This document shows, piece by piece, positions 43,329 to 53,475 of a stretch of DNA of 64,000 bases (within the stretch, counting starts at the first letter, position 1; each line of letters begins with the position of its first letter). The stretch is from an uncultured delta proteobacterium (GTDB taxonomy: Bacteria; Myxococcota_A; Polyangia; Polyangiales; Houyiibacteriaceae), in the NCBI GenBank assembly GCA_963699755.1, contig CAVOVB010000002.1, forward strand, positions 288,001 through 352,000, given 5' to 3'. The notes beneath the pieces were generated by a model, which saw only the letters and a list, made by a program, of their open reading frames with translations, made no database searches and was not told the origin of the DNA. A program made the position numbers and the translations under genes.

Positions 43329-44567
43329 ATGGAGCTGCTGACCCGCATTCAAGACAACTGGATCGTCCTGCTGATCCCGATGATCAGCGCATTGGTGGGC
43401 TGGTTCACCAATGTCGTCGCCATCAAGATGATGTTCAAGCCGGTCGAATTCATGGGCATTCCACCCTATCTCGGCTGGCAAGGCGTGATCCCAGCCAACG
43501 CGCTCCGGCTCGCGCGAGTTTCAAACACACTGATCACAGAGAAGCTGATCTCACTGCGGGAGCTTTTCGACGAGACCTTCAGCGCCGAGTCCTTTGCTGG
43601 AAAGCTCGGCGCGGTCATCGATGACGTGACGGAACAGGTGATCGACGAGGTCGCGAACAAGCACGCCAAGGCGATGTGGGACAATGCCGGCGAGTTCATG
43701 CAGAACAAGGTGCGCGGGCGGGTGCGAGCCGAAGTGATCGAAGTCTCGCGCGCAATCGCGATGGACATGGCGGACGACATCGACAAGATCATGGACATCG
43801 AGAAGACGGTTCTCGACGCAATGGAACGGCACAAGGCGTTGATGGGCGAGATGTTCTTCGAAGTCGGGCGCAAGGAGTTCAAGTTCATCGAGCGATCAGG
43901 CCTCTATTTCGGCTTCCTGTTTGGCCTCTTCCAGATGGTCGTCTGGGTCCTCTATCCCGCTCCCTGGATCCTTCCCGCCGCTGGCTTCCTCGTCGGCTAC
44001 CTGACCAATTGGATCGCGATCAAGCTCGTGTTCGCACCACGCGAGCCCGTGAGAATCGGACCCCTGACGGTACAGGGCCTGTTTCACAAGAGGCAGAACG
44101 AGGTCGCCGAGGCGTTTGGGCGAACTGTCGCGACGCGCGTACTGAACGCTGACAACATCGTGACTACGGTGATGCAAAGCGATGGTGCGGCGCATATGAA
44201 CGCAATCGTCGAGCGTCGCATCGGCGAGCTCATCTCGAAATACGAAGCCCACCCCATGGCTGCTCTGGTTTTGCCCGAACAGAAGCGACCTGCCCTCCGG
44301 GCCGAGCTCCTCGAACGAATCCAAACCGAGTGGCCGAAGCCGGGCGGCTTCTTCCACACCTTCGCCGGCGAATCGGTGGATCTCCAAGGTGAGCTCGAAC
44401 GTCGGATGAAAGCGCTCGACCGCGAAAGCTACGAGGGGGTTCTCAGGCCTGCATTCCAGCAGGACGAATGGAAGTTGATTGCAGCGGGAGCCGTCCTAGG
44501 CACCATCGCCGGCGTCCTGCAGCTGGTTTTCATCTTCGGCGACGCCATGGAACGCCTGAGCCGCTAG
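43329..44567 (+). CDS. DUF445 family membrane protein
   Basis: VGW.TN..AIKM.F.P, GWQG.IP, repeated GY.TNW.AIK..F.P, DEW.LI..GAVLG. Confidence 0.85.
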   Translation: MELLTRIQDNWIVLLIPMISALVGWFTNVVAIKMMFKPVEFMGIPPYLGWQGVIPANALRLARVSNTLITEKLISLRELFDETFSAESFAGKLGAVIDDVTEQVIDEVANKHAKAMWDNAGEFMQNKVRGRVRAEVIEVSRAIAMDMADDIDKIMDIEKTVLDAMERHKALMGEMFFEVGRKEFKFIERSGLYFGFLFGLFQMVVWVLYPAPWILPAAGFLVGYLTNWIAIKLVFAPREPVRIGPLTVQGLFHKRQNEVAEAFGRTVATRVLNADNIVTTVMQSDGAAHMNAIVERRIGELISKYEAHPMAALVLPEQKRPALRAELLERIQTEWPKPGGFFHTFAGESVDLQGELERRMKALDRESYEGVLRPAFQQDEWKLIAAGAVLGTIAGVLQLVFIFGDAMERLSR

Positions 44568-44609
44568 GCAGCCGGGCGCTGGCCGAACACCCGCGCAACG
44601 GCTACACCT

Positions 44610-45470
44610 TTGCCCGTGGAACACACCGCAACGTTGCTCGTCTGCTGCCCCGACCGCAAAGGCCTCGTCGCGGCCCTGGCGCAGGTTCTCTACGGCCACG
44701 GTGCCAACATCCTCGATGCCGATCAGCACAGCGATCCGGTCGCCGGTCAGTTCTTCCAACGCATCAAGTTCGACATGTCCGAGCTGCATACCGATCGCCG
44801 AAGCTTGGAGACCGCGATCGCCGAAGTCGCCGGCCGTTTCTCGATGAGCTGGCGGATAGCCGACGGCAGCAATCGCTTTCGGACCGCGATCTTCGTGTCG
44901 AAGTACGACCATTGTCTATATGACCTGTTGCTGCGCCAACGCGCTGGGGAGCTCTCCACGGAGTTCGCCATGGTCATCAGCAATCACGAGGACCTTCGCC
45001 CGGTGGCCGAGCAGTTTGGGATCCCGTTCTACTGCCTACCGGTCACCAAAGAAACGAAGCCTGCGCAAGAGCGTGAGACGCTCGCACTGCTCAAGGCCGA
45101 GAGGGTCGATCTCGTCGTGCTCGCTCGATACATGCAGATTCTCAGCGATGACTTCTTGAATGCCTATGACGGTCAGGTCATCAACATCCACCATTCGTTC
45201 TTACCTGCCTTCATGGGGAGCAAGCCCTACCACAGAGCTTTCGAACGGGGCGTCAAGCTGATCGGCGCTACCGCACACTACGCCACCGCAGACTTGGACG
45301 AAGGACCGATCATCGAGCAAGACGTCGTCCGCTGTTCACACCGCGACTCCGTGCAGGACCTGATTCGCAAGGGTCGCGACCTCGAGAAAGTCGTGCTGGG
45401 GCGCGCAGTGCGCTGGCACCTCGACGACAGAATTCTCGTCTACGACAACAAAACGGTCGTGTTCAACTAA
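44610..45470 (+). CDS. purU: Formyltetrahydrofolate deformylase
   Basis: CPDRKGLV ACT domain, LARYMQIL, INIHHSFLPAF, GVKLIGATAHY, LDEGPIIEQ. Confidence 0.97.
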   Translation: MPVEHTATLLVCCPDRKGLVAALAQVLYGHGANILDADQHSDPVAGQFFQRIKFDMSELHTDRRSLETAIAEVAGRFSMSWRIADGSNRFRTAIFVSKYDHCLYDLLLRQRAGELSTEFAMVISNHEDLRPVAEQFGIPFYCLPVTKETKPAQERETLALLKAERVDLVVLARYMQILSDDFLNAYDGQVINIHHSFLPAFMGSKPYHRAFERGVKLIGATAHYATADLDEGPIIEQDVVRCSHRDSVQDLIRKGRDLEKVVLGRAVRWHLDDRILVYDNKTVVFN

Positions 45471-45479
45471 GGAGTCCAG

Positions 45480-46274
45480 ATGTTCGAACGAGTTAAACTG
45501 ACCATCGACAACCAGGTCGCGACGGTTCGCATGTCACGTCCCGAAAAACGCAACGCCCTGGACGCAGACATGTTCGAGGCTCTCATCGGCACAGGTAAGC
45601 GCATCATGGCAGACAAGAGCGTTCGCGCGGTCGTGCTCCACGGCGAAGGCAAGGCCTTTTGCGCCGGGCTCGATTTCGGCTCGTTCATGGGGTCGCCTGA
45701 TCTGATGCAGAAGCTCCTTTCACGAAGCGAAGAGAGTCCTGCCAACGTGGCGCAACGGGCAGGGTGGATTTGGCAAGAGGTCCAGGTCCCTGTCATCGCC
45801 GCGATCCACGGCTTCGCTTTTGGCGGTGGGCTTCAAATCGCCCTCGGCGCCGACCTTCGCTACGTCACCGCCGATTCGCAGTTCTCCGTCATGGAGATCA
45901 AATGGGGATTGATCCCCGACATGAGCATCACACAGACGATGTTGGAGACCGTCCCGCTAGACGTCGCCAAGGAGCTTACGTTCACCGGAAGGATCATCTC
46001 GGGCAGCGAGGCGGTCGCGCTGGGGCTCGCGACCAAGGTCTCCGACGATCCGCTTGCGGACGCGCTCGAAACCGCCAAATTGATTGCGACGAAGTCGCCG
46101 CATGCGATCCGAGCAGGAAAGGCTCTTCTTCGCGACGCGCCCAAGATGTCCCGCGCAGATGCGCTCAAGCTCGAAACCGCGCTGCAGGTCACTTTGCTCG
46201 GCAGCCCCAATCAAATGGAGGCCGTGCAGGCCAACATGAGCAAGCGCGATCCCGAGTTCAAAGACCCAGAATAG
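45480..46274 (+). CDS. Enoyl-CoA hydratase/crotonase family protein
   Basis: RPEKRNAL, FCAGLD, GGGLQIALGAD, EIKWGLIPDM. Confidence 0.92.
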   Translation: MFERVKLTIDNQVATVRMSRPEKRNALDADMFEALIGTGKRIMADKSVRAVVLHGEGKAFCAGLDFGSFMGSPDLMQKLLSRSEESPANVAQRAGWIWQEVQVPVIAAIHGFAFGGGLQIALGADLRYVTADSQFSVMEIKWGLIPDMSITQTMLETVPLDVAKELTFTGRIISGSEAVALGLATKVSDDPLADALETAKLIATKSPHAIRAGKALLRDAPKMSRADALKLETALQVTLLGSPNQMEAVQANMSKRDPEFKDPE

Positions 46275-46284
46275 GCGCGACCGG

Positions 46285-47328
46285 CTAGGCCGTCTCGGGC
46301 GGCTTCGAGACGCGGGGCTGATACTGACAACAATCCGGTGGACAGACGTCTGGTGAAGGACCGCGGTTACCCATGGATTGACGCACGCTGACCTTGCCGA
46401 GGCGCTCTTCGATGAGCTCGCGAATCATGGAAACGAAAGCCGGGTGGGTTCCGACCGTGGGCGCGCGCGTGAGCGTAATACCGAGCTCGTTGGCATAGTC
46501 TCTGGCCTCGTGGTCGAGATCCCAGATTACCTCCATGTGGTCCGACAAGAAGCCAATCGGCGCGACCACCACGTCTTTCGTGTTGATCTGTGCAAGGGCC
46601 TCTAGATGCTCGAGGATGTCCGGACCCAGCCAGGGGACATGAGGGGGCCCACTTCGGCTCTGATAGACGAGCTGCCAGCGATCGTGGCGCGCCCCCTCTG
46701 CAACCAGTCGTGCAGTTTCTTCGAGCTGATCCGCGTAGTCGCAAGTCTTGGCCATCGCATCCGGAATGCTGTGGCCGCTGAATGCGACGCGCGCGCATTC
46801 GCGTCGCTCTTTGGGTAGCGTCTCGAGCGCGGCGAGCAAGCAGTCGACGTTCGCTTCGATGAAGCCAGGATGATTGTAGAACGCTCGGATCTTGTCGACC
46901 AAGGGCGCGCCTTCGCCCAGCTCCTCGCAAGCCTTTGCGATGTTCTCCTGGTACTGCCGACATCCACTATAGCTACCGTACGCCGATGTGAAGAATGCAA
47001 GCGCTCGTTTCTTCCCGTCGTCACGCATTTGGCGGAGCGCTTCGAGAATGAAAGGGTTCCAGTTTCGATTTCCCCAGTAGATCGGCAGATCTATTCCGCT
47101 CTTGCGTAGCTCCTCTTCGAGCGCAGCGATCAACGCTCGATTCTGGTCGTTAATGGGACTCTTTCCCTCGAAGTGATTGTAGTGCGCGGCAACTTCCTTG
47201 AGCCGCTCGGGCGGGACGTTCTTGCCACGCACCACGTTCTCGAGAAATGGCATGACGTCTGCGCGGTTCTCCGGTCCCCCGAAAGACACCAGGAGAATGC
47301 TGTCGTACTCCAAATCTGTATCGCCCAC
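46285..47328 (-). CDS. hemH: Ferrochelatase
   Basis: SFGGPE, PFLENV, GNRNW.P, HSIP, YQSRSG..WL.PD, PIGF.SDHMEV..DLD; C-terminal CPPDCC. Confidence 0.93.
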   Translation of the reverse strand: MGDTDLEYDSILLVSFGGPENRADVMPFLENVVRGKNVPPERLKEVAAHYNHFEGKSPINDQNRALIAALEEELRKSGIDLPIYWGNRNWNPFILEALRQMRDDGKKRALAFFTSAYGSYSGCRQYQENIAKACEELGEGAPLVDKIRAFYNHPGFIEANVDCLLAALETLPKERRECARVAFSGHSIPDAMAKTCDYADQLEETARLVAEGARHDRWQLVYQSRSGPPHVPWLGPDILEHLEALAQINTKDVVVAPIGFLSDHMEVIWDLDHEARDYANELGITLTRAPTVGTHPAFVSMIRELIEERLGKVSVRQSMGNRGPSPDVCPPDCCQYQPRVSKPPETA

Positions 47329-47402
47329 GTCCGAACTCTCGCGCCGAAAACCGTCAATGGCAAGCCAAGACTCTTGCCAAGTATCGAGGGCTGTGCTCTA
47401 GC

Positions 47403-48191
47403 TTGGCCGTGCGGATCACGATTCTCGGAAGCGGTAGCGAGGGGAACGCGCTTCTCTTGGAGTCCAGGACGACCACTGTTCTGGTCGACGCAGGTCTTTC
47501 GCACCGCAAGCTCGTTCAGCGCTTCGCGGCGCTCGGGAGAGAGGTTCCGACCAATGTGCGCGCCCTCATAGTGACCCACAGCCACAGTGACCACGCAGCG
47601 CACGCGTCGAGCTACGCGACCCGTCTCGGCTGCCCGATTCGTGCCAGTGAAGCAACGATGCCTTGGATTCGCCTAGGTGCTGCGGCGCAAGCCGAAACCT
47701 TCACCACAGGGCGGCCATTCGTCTTGGGCGACATCAGGATCCACTCGCAGTCGATCCCGCATGACGTGCCCCAGGTTGCCCTCCGCTTCGAAACGAAGTC
47801 GACCAGCGTCGGCCTCGTGACCGACCTCGGGCATGTTCCCAAGGAACTCCGGCGATTCCTCGGCGACTCCGAGATCCTTCTGCTCGAGAGCAATCACGAC
47901 CCGGAGATGCTCGCCGAAGGCCCCTACCCTGCGACACTCAAGCAGCGCGTGAGCGGGTCGCGCGGACATCTTTCGAACGGTCAGGCTGGCGACTTGCTGG
48001 CAGGGCTTGGGTACGTGCCCAAGTGTGTGGTCCTGATGCACTTGTCCGAGACCAACAACTCCCCTCGACTCGCACGAAGCTCCGCCGAGGCAGCGCTGGG
48101 ACATCAGGGCACTCAGCTGCTTCTCGCAAAGCAGCGAGAGCCGCTGGAGCTTGGTCCCAGACTCGAACCACAGCTGCAGCTCGGTCTCTGA
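47403..48191 (+). CDS. MBL-fold metallo-hydrolase (YycJ/WalJ-like)
   Basis: GSGSEGN, THSHSDH, PHD, TDLG, LESNHD, GPYP..LK.RV...RGHLSN, HLSETNN. Confidence 0.9.
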   Translation: MAVRITILGSGSEGNALLLESRTTTVLVDAGLSHRKLVQRFAALGREVPTNVRALIVTHSHSDHAAHASSYATRLGCPIRASEATMPWIRLGAAAQAETFTTGRPFVLGDIRIHSQSIPHDVPQVALRFETKSTSVGLVTDLGHVPKELRRFLGDSEILLLESNHDPEMLAEGPYPATLKQRVSGSRGHLSNGQAGDLLAGLGYVPKCVVLMHLSETNNSPRLARSSAEAALGHQGTQLLLAKQREPLELGPRLEPQLQLGL

Positions 48192-48364
48192 CGAGAAAGC
48201 AGTGTGTCCTCTGGCGGATTTGGGGGCGAGTGCGTCGCGATCGCGAGCACGCCCATCGCGAGGCGTTCGCCGGTTGTATGGTGGATCGTTGCCGGGGCGA
48301 CTTTCTGTCGATCCAAACGCCGCAGCCCGGCGTAGGTCTGGATGAAAGGGATAGGAAGACCACC

Positions 48365-48553
48365 ATGTTTTGGACCAGCAGCCAGGCCGCCGTGAGTCAG
48401 GACCTCCTCAACGAAATCGCCACTTCCAGTGCCGTCCCCGATCCGATGCTCATCGTCTATGGTGTCTTGGGAGCACTTGCGGTGGCAACCCTGGCGACCG
48501 GCTATCTTCTCTTCGGACGATCTGGGAGGCGATCGCTACCAGACCAGCACTAG
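48365..48553 (+). CDS. Small single-TM hypothetical protein (62 aa)
   Basis: AGGAAG upstream, one hydrophobic helix followed by basic tail; fills an intergenic gap. Confidence 0.45.
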   Translation: MFWTSSQAAVSQDLLNEIATSSAVPDPMLIVYGVLGALAVATLATGYLLFGRSGRRSLPDQH

Positions 48554-49522
48554 CTTCCCGAAGGTCTCGTTGCTGTCCATTCTCCGGTGCGCGGCTTGCA
48601 CCTCAGACATCGGCAAGACCTCATCGATGATGGGCTTTAGCTCCCCGTTTGCGAACCGCCCCAGCATTGCTTCCCTAAATGCCTTCGTTAGCTCAGCTTT
48701 TTCGGCCGCGGAGCGACTGCGAAGGACCGACCCGTGAATCGAGGCGCGTTTGGCCAAGAGCGCACCGAGCGCGAGCTCGGCCTTCGCGCCACCCATCAAA
48801 CCGATCACGATGATCCGTCCCTTCTTCGCGATCACTTTCACGTTTTGCGAGAGGTAAGCGGCGCCGACGGTGTCGAGAATCACGTCGACGCCCTCTGGCG
48901 CTGCGGCGAGAACGGTATCGGCAAACTGACCGTCCTCCACGAACACCGCGTGGGTCAACCCGAGCTTGGTGCAGCGTGGAAGCTTCTGTACGCTGCGGGA
49001 AGTGCCAACGGACGACGCGCCGAGCGTCCGGGCAATCTGGATCCCAGCGGTGCCGACACCACTGGCAACCGCGTGCAAAAGGACCGTCTGCCCCGAGCGA
49101 AGGCCACCCTGCAACACGACGCCATCGTACGCCGTCAGGAAAACCTCCGGCACCGCAGCGGCTTCCTCCAACGAGATCTCGTCCGGAACGGGCATCAGCT
49201 CGGCAGCTTCGGTGACGAGCCGCGTCGCCATGGAACCGCCACCCACGATCCCCATCACCCTATCGCCAGGCGTCCATTCGCTCACTTCGTCGCCGATCGA
49301 CTCGACGACGCCGGCAAATTCGAGGCCAGGGACATCCGCCGGGACCCCAGGAGGCGCCGGGTAGAATCCACGTCGCTGTAGGCAATCGGCACGGTTGAGG
49401 CCAGCGGCTGCAACTTCGATGAGCACTTGAGTTGGCCCAGGCTCGGAGAGCACGATCTCGCCGACCTCGAGCACCTCCGGCCCGCCGGGCTCACGAATTA
49501 GGATCGCTTTGGCTTTGCGCAT
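48536..49522 (-). CDS. NAD(P)H:quinone oxidoreductase (PIG3/zeta-crystallin family)
   Basis: GLNRAD..QR.G.YP.PPG, PGLEFAG, PEVFLTA, ASGVGTA, GS.LRSR, GKLVL. Confidence 0.92.
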   Translation of the reverse strand: MRKAKAILIREPGGPEVLEVGEIVLSEPGPTQVLIEVAAAGLNRADCLQRRGFYPAPPGVPADVPGLEFAGVVESIGDEVSEWTPGDRVMGIVGGGSMATRLVTEAAELMPVPDEISLEEAAAVPEVFLTAYDGVVLQGGLRSGQTVLLHAVASGVGTAGIQIARTLGASSVGTSRSVQKLPRCTKLGLTHAVFVEDGQFADTVLAAAPEGVDVILDTVGAAYLSQNVKVIAKKGRIIVIGLMGGAKAELALGALLAKRASIHGSVLRSRSAAEKAELTKAFREAMLGRFANGELKPIIDEVLPMSEVQAAHRRMDSNETFGKLVLVW

Positions 49523-49586
49523 GCGGCGAAGCCTATCGCGCCGCCGGCCGCCGTCCAGCACCGTCTGTCGTGCTAGCTTCCCCCTG

Positions 49587-51116
49587 ATGAACGCAAACGT
49601 CGGAAGCTTGCTGCGTCGCCGGGCGCAGACCGACCCAGGGCGCACGGGCATCATCGATTCGCGGCGCGATGACCTCCCGCTCAGCTATGCGGAGCTCGAT
49701 GCACAGGCGTCCCGGGTTGCCGCAGAGCTCATTGAACGGGGCGTTGGCCCCGGCGACCGCGTCGCGATCTGTACGGCGAACGGCCTGGACTTCGTAGCCG
49801 CGTGGTTTGGCGCCCTGTACGCCGGATGCACCACGCTCCCCATTCCGGCCTCCTCGACGCCTCACGAGATCGCTGACCGTCTGCGGCACGCGAGCTGCAA
49901 GGCCCTCCTCTCCGACGCCGATTGCGTGGCGGTCGCTCGAGCGGGCAGGTCACGCGCAGGCATCTCGTCCGAGATCCTCATGGTTGAAGACGGGATCAAC
50001 CGGTCCGACGGTGGTGCTGCTCCCTGCGAAGTCTCTCCAGATTCGTTCGCCCTACTTCTCTACACTTCGGGGACGACCGGAGCCCCCAAAGCCGTCTGTA
50101 TCACCCACGGCTCACTCGCCGCCCACAGCAAGACGCTCGCCGAAGAGACGTTGAGGCTCGGCGAAGACGACCGAATCCTCGGCACCCTGCCCCTGACACA
50201 CTCCTATGGAATTCGAACGACCCTGCTCGTTCCATTCTATGCCCGCGCAACGGCCATCTTCGTCCCGAAGTTCTCCCCGACGCGGACGCTTGAGCTCTGC
50301 ACTAAACATCGGATCAGCTGGATCCCGGGCGTGCCGACCATGTTCGTCGCCTGGGCGAACGAACGCCGTCTCCCCAAGCCGCCGGCGCTTCGATGGTGCA
50401 TGAGCGCGGGCGCTCCCCTCTTGGAAGACCTGCGGCGGCGCGCAGAAGAGCGCCTCGGCGCACCGGTTCGTCAAGCGTACGGCCTCACCGAAGCGAACCT
50501 GACTGCGATCAACGCACCGCCCGACGAGGCGATCGCGGACTCATCGGGGAAACCGGTCGCCGGTGTCGAGCTCCGCATCGCGGACAGCCACGGCGCAGCA
50601 CTGCCAGAAGGCCGGCACGGCGAGGTGCTGGTGCGGGGGCCGAACGTCATGGCGGGCTACCTCGACGACCAGCTCGCGACCGCCCACGTGATGCGCGGCG
50701 GCTGGCTTCACACGGGCGACATCGGATTCGTCGACAGCGAAGGGCGGCTCAGCATCGCCGACCGTAGCAAAGACTTGATTCTCCGAGGCGGAGCGAGCAT
50801 CTACCCTTCTGAAGTCGAAAGCGTTCTCGCTCATCACGAGGCCGTTCACGACGTCGCCGTCGTCGGACGCGCAGACGACTACTACGGCGAGGAAGTGGCT
50901 GCCGTCGTCGTTTGCAGCGCCGAGGTCAGCGCCGAAGAGCTCGACGCCTGGGCAGCAGAGCGTCTGGCTCCATACAAACTCCCGCGCTGGTATGCATTCG
51001 TGAGAGAGCTCCCACGGACAACGAGCGGAAAGGCCCTGAAGCGTCGCTTGCGCCAGCAGCTCAACTCGGGCGAAATCTTGGCGGAGCCCTTAGCCCCGCA
51101 CCGCCGCGCTGAGTGA
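49587..51116 (+). CDS. Acyl-CoA synthetase (AMP-forming)
   Basis: YTSGTTGAPK, YGLTE, GWLHTGD, DRSKD, SGK. Confidence 0.9.
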   Translation: MNANVGSLLRRRAQTDPGRTGIIDSRRDDLPLSYAELDAQASRVAAELIERGVGPGDRVAICTANGLDFVAAWFGALYAGCTTLPIPASSTPHEIADRLRHASCKALLSDADCVAVARAGRSRAGISSEILMVEDGINRSDGGAAPCEVSPDSFALLLYTSGTTGAPKAVCITHGSLAAHSKTLAEETLRLGEDDRILGTLPLTHSYGIRTTLLVPFYARATAIFVPKFSPTRTLELCTKHRISWIPGVPTMFVAWANERRLPKPPALRWCMSAGAPLLEDLRRRAEERLGAPVRQAYGLTEANLTAINAPPDEAIADSSGKPVAGVELRIADSHGAALPEGRHGEVLVRGPNVMAGYLDDQLATAHVMRGGWLHTGDIGFVDSEGRLSIADRSKDLILRGGASIYPSEVESVLAHHEAVHDVAVVGRADDYYGEEVAAVVVCSAEVSAEELDAWAAERLAPYKLPRWYAFVRELPRTTSGKALKRRLRQQLNSGEILAEPLAPHRRAE

Positions 51117-52805
51117 TTCAAACGCGGCGATCATCACCAGGGCTCCGACCAGGAGGCCCATCCAGGGGCCGTACCAACCCCCAGCAACCGGAAGCTCCGC
51201 GCAGAGCAAGCTCACCCCGCCGACGAGGAGTGCGTACGGAAGCTGTGTTCGAACATGGTCCATGTGATCGCAGCTGCTGGCCATCGAGCTGAGAACCGTC
51301 GTGTCCGAAATAGGCGAGCAGTGATCGCCCCAGACCGCACCGGCCAAGATCGACGACACCGTGCCCAGAAGGATCGTCTCGTTGCCCGGCGCGATCTGAT
51401 GCGCGAGCGGGATGACGAGCGGAAAGAGGATCGCCATCGTGCCCCAGGACGTGCCGGTCGCGAAGCTGACGAGCGCAGCCATGATGAAGACGGTTGCGGG
51501 AATCCAGGCGGGCGCGATCCAATCTCCAACCGCGCCGATCAAGAATGAAGCGGTGTCAAGGTCACGGCAGACCCCGCCCAGGGCCCAGGCCAAGACGAGG
51601 ATCACCGCTGCAAAGAGCATCGAGCGCATCCCCGACAGCCAGGCCTCGATCGACTTGGCAAACGAAAGCGCGCCGCTCCAAACCGAGAGCGCCAAAGCCG
51701 CCAGGCAGCCTGCCCCCGTCCCCCAGAGGATCGCCGCGCTCGAGCTGGCCTCGCCGACGATGGCCCTGAGTGAACCGTCCATCCCTGCCGAGAGGGCCTT
51801 CGCCCGCCCATCGAAGTAGATCCCGAGCGCGGCCACGAGCACCACGACGACTACGGGGATCAGGGCGTTCATCGGTCTGCCGGGAAGGTGCTCCGGAACG
51901 GATTCCTCGTGAAAATCCGAAGCCGGCTCGGCACCAGGGCGCGACACGAAGCCTTCGTGAAACGCGCGCCGCTCCGCTCGAAGCATCGGTCCGAAGTCAC
52001 GGCCCCTGACGGCGACCCAGGCGACGAAGAGCAACATCAGAATCGGATAGAAGCGAAACGGGATCGTTTCGATGAACGTCAGGTAAGCGTCCCTTTCAAT
52101 CCCGAGGTGAGTGAACTGGTCGGCGATGTAACCAACCTCGACCCCAATCCACGACGATATCAAGGCCAGGCTTGCCACGGGCGCCGCGGTGGCGTCGACG
52201 ATAAACGCGAGCTTCTCGCGACTGATGCGAAGTCGATCCGTGAGGGGACGCATCGAGGAGCCAACCAGGAGCGAGTTGGCATAGTCATCGAAGAACACCA
52301 GCAAGCCGAGGAACCATGTCGTGAGCTGTCCGCGTCGGCGGCTCGTCGCATCGGTGCCCACCCAGGAGGCGAGCCCCTTCGCACCGCCGCTTTGCGTCAT
52401 CAATCCGAGCATTCCGCCAAGCAGCAAGCTGAAAACTAGAATCGACGCGTGTCCTCGGTCCGCAATCGCGCCGACGACGTGCGTGTCGAGCAAGCGCGCG
52501 AACGAGCCCAGGAACGACAGATCCGCGATCAGAAACGCGCCGAGCCAGACGCCCAGGACCAACGCCACCAGCACGTGACGAAACAGCAACGCGAGGACGA
52601 TCGCAAGGAGCGGCGGCAAAATCGACGTCCATGGGGGCAGACCGCTGCCGGCGGCGTTTGCGGCTACCTCGCCGGCCGCCCCCGGTGTAATATTCGAGGA
52701 AATACCTTGAATGACCGTCGAAGCGGCGGCGTCATCGGAAAGAGCCCCGGCTCGAGTGGCCGCGAAAACGATGATGACTACAAAACCGACGAGGACTGCC
52801 CGCAT
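51090..52805 (-). CDS. NhaC family Na+/H+ antiporter-like transporter
   Basis: FFDDYAN, SREKLA..VD.TAAP, SFATGTSWGT, GDHCSPISDTT, DHVRTQ; start uncertain. Confidence 0.9.
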   Translation of the reverse strand: MRAVLVGFVVIIVFAATRAGALSDDAAASTVIQGISSNITPGAAGEVAANAAGSGLPPWTSILPPLLAIVLALLFRHVLVALVLGVWLGAFLIADLSFLGSFARLLDTHVVGAIADRGHASILVFSLLLGGMLGLMTQSGGAKGLASWVGTDATSRRRGQLTTWFLGLLVFFDDYANSLLVGSSMRPLTDRLRISREKLAFIVDATAAPVASLALISSWIGVEVGYIADQFTHLGIERDAYLTFIETIPFRFYPILMLLFVAWVAVRGRDFGPMLRAERRAFHEGFVSRPGAEPASDFHEESVPEHLPGRPMNALIPVVVVVLVAALGIYFDGRAKALSAGMDGSLRAIVGEASSSAAILWGTGAGCLAALALSVWSGALSFAKSIEAWLSGMRSMLFAAVILVLAWALGGVCRDLDTASFLIGAVGDWIAPAWIPATVFIMAALVSFATGTSWGTMAILFPLVIPLAHQIAPGNETILLGTVSSILAGAVWGDHCSPISDTTVLSSMASSCDHMDHVRTQLPYALLVGGVSLLCAELPVAGGWYGPWMGLLVGALVMIAAFESLSAAVRG

Positions 52806-53475
52806 GAACAAAGCCAGACATAGACAGGAACGAGGCCGCTGGTCAATTTTGACCGCCAGTCTCGCCCTGCTTTCTATCCTTGGGTTGTCTTTCGCAGCGC
52901 CGTCTCGATCATTCTCGAGCAACGATCGGCTCAGCGCCGAAGACAAGAAGCTCCTTGCGGCGGGTGAGCTCGTCATGAAGCAGAAGAGCGAGCAGCGCGG
53001 TGTGTACAAGCTGATCGGTGGACAGAGCTGGCAGATCGTGGACGTTCCGGTCGAGGTAGCCTGGCAGGCCTTGGCCGACTTGTCGGGGTACAAAAACTTC
53101 ATCCCTCTCGTGACCGAGAGCGACGTCAAGCACCAAGTCGGCGAAGAGGCCGACCTGGCGATTCGGCAGGAGTGGGGACCGATCGACGTTCGTTACGTCC
53201 TACAAACGACGCTCGAGGTGGATCGTCGCTCGATGATGTTCCGAGTCGATCACTCCCAGGCCCACGACATTCGGGCCGGCTGGGGTTTCATGCGAATCCG
53301 TCCTTACAAGGGAGGTCGGACGCTGGTGTCCTTTGGTGCGCTCGTCGACATTGGTGACGGCGTGTTCGTGTCGATCATCCGCCCCGCAGTCCGGAAGGAC
53401 CTCCTGCGGATTCCGTTCTATTTCAAGCGTCACCTCGAGGCAGAAGTCGCCGGGCTCCGGACTGACTCGCTTTAG
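52804..53475 (+). CDS. Exported SRPBCC/START-like protein
   Basis: Signal-like segment; P.EVAWQ.L.D...Y..FIP, WGF..I.P; start uncertain. Confidence 0.7.
   Translation: MNKARHRQERGRWSILTASLALLSILGLSFAAPSRSFSSNDRLSAEDKKLLAAGELVMKQKSEQRGVYKLIGGQSWQIVDVPVEVAWQALADLSGYKNFIPLVTESDVKHQVGEEADLAIRQEWGPIDVRYVLQTTLEVDRRSMMFRVDHSQAHDIRAGWGFMRIRPYKGGRTLVSFGALVDIGDGVFVSIIRPAVRKDLLRIPFYFKRHLEAEVAGLRTDSL

Noticed and set aside
45480..46274. Crotonase as the missing MenB
   Set aside because: Has FCAGLDF in place of the MenB-type GGDQ motif and is unlinked to the men operon
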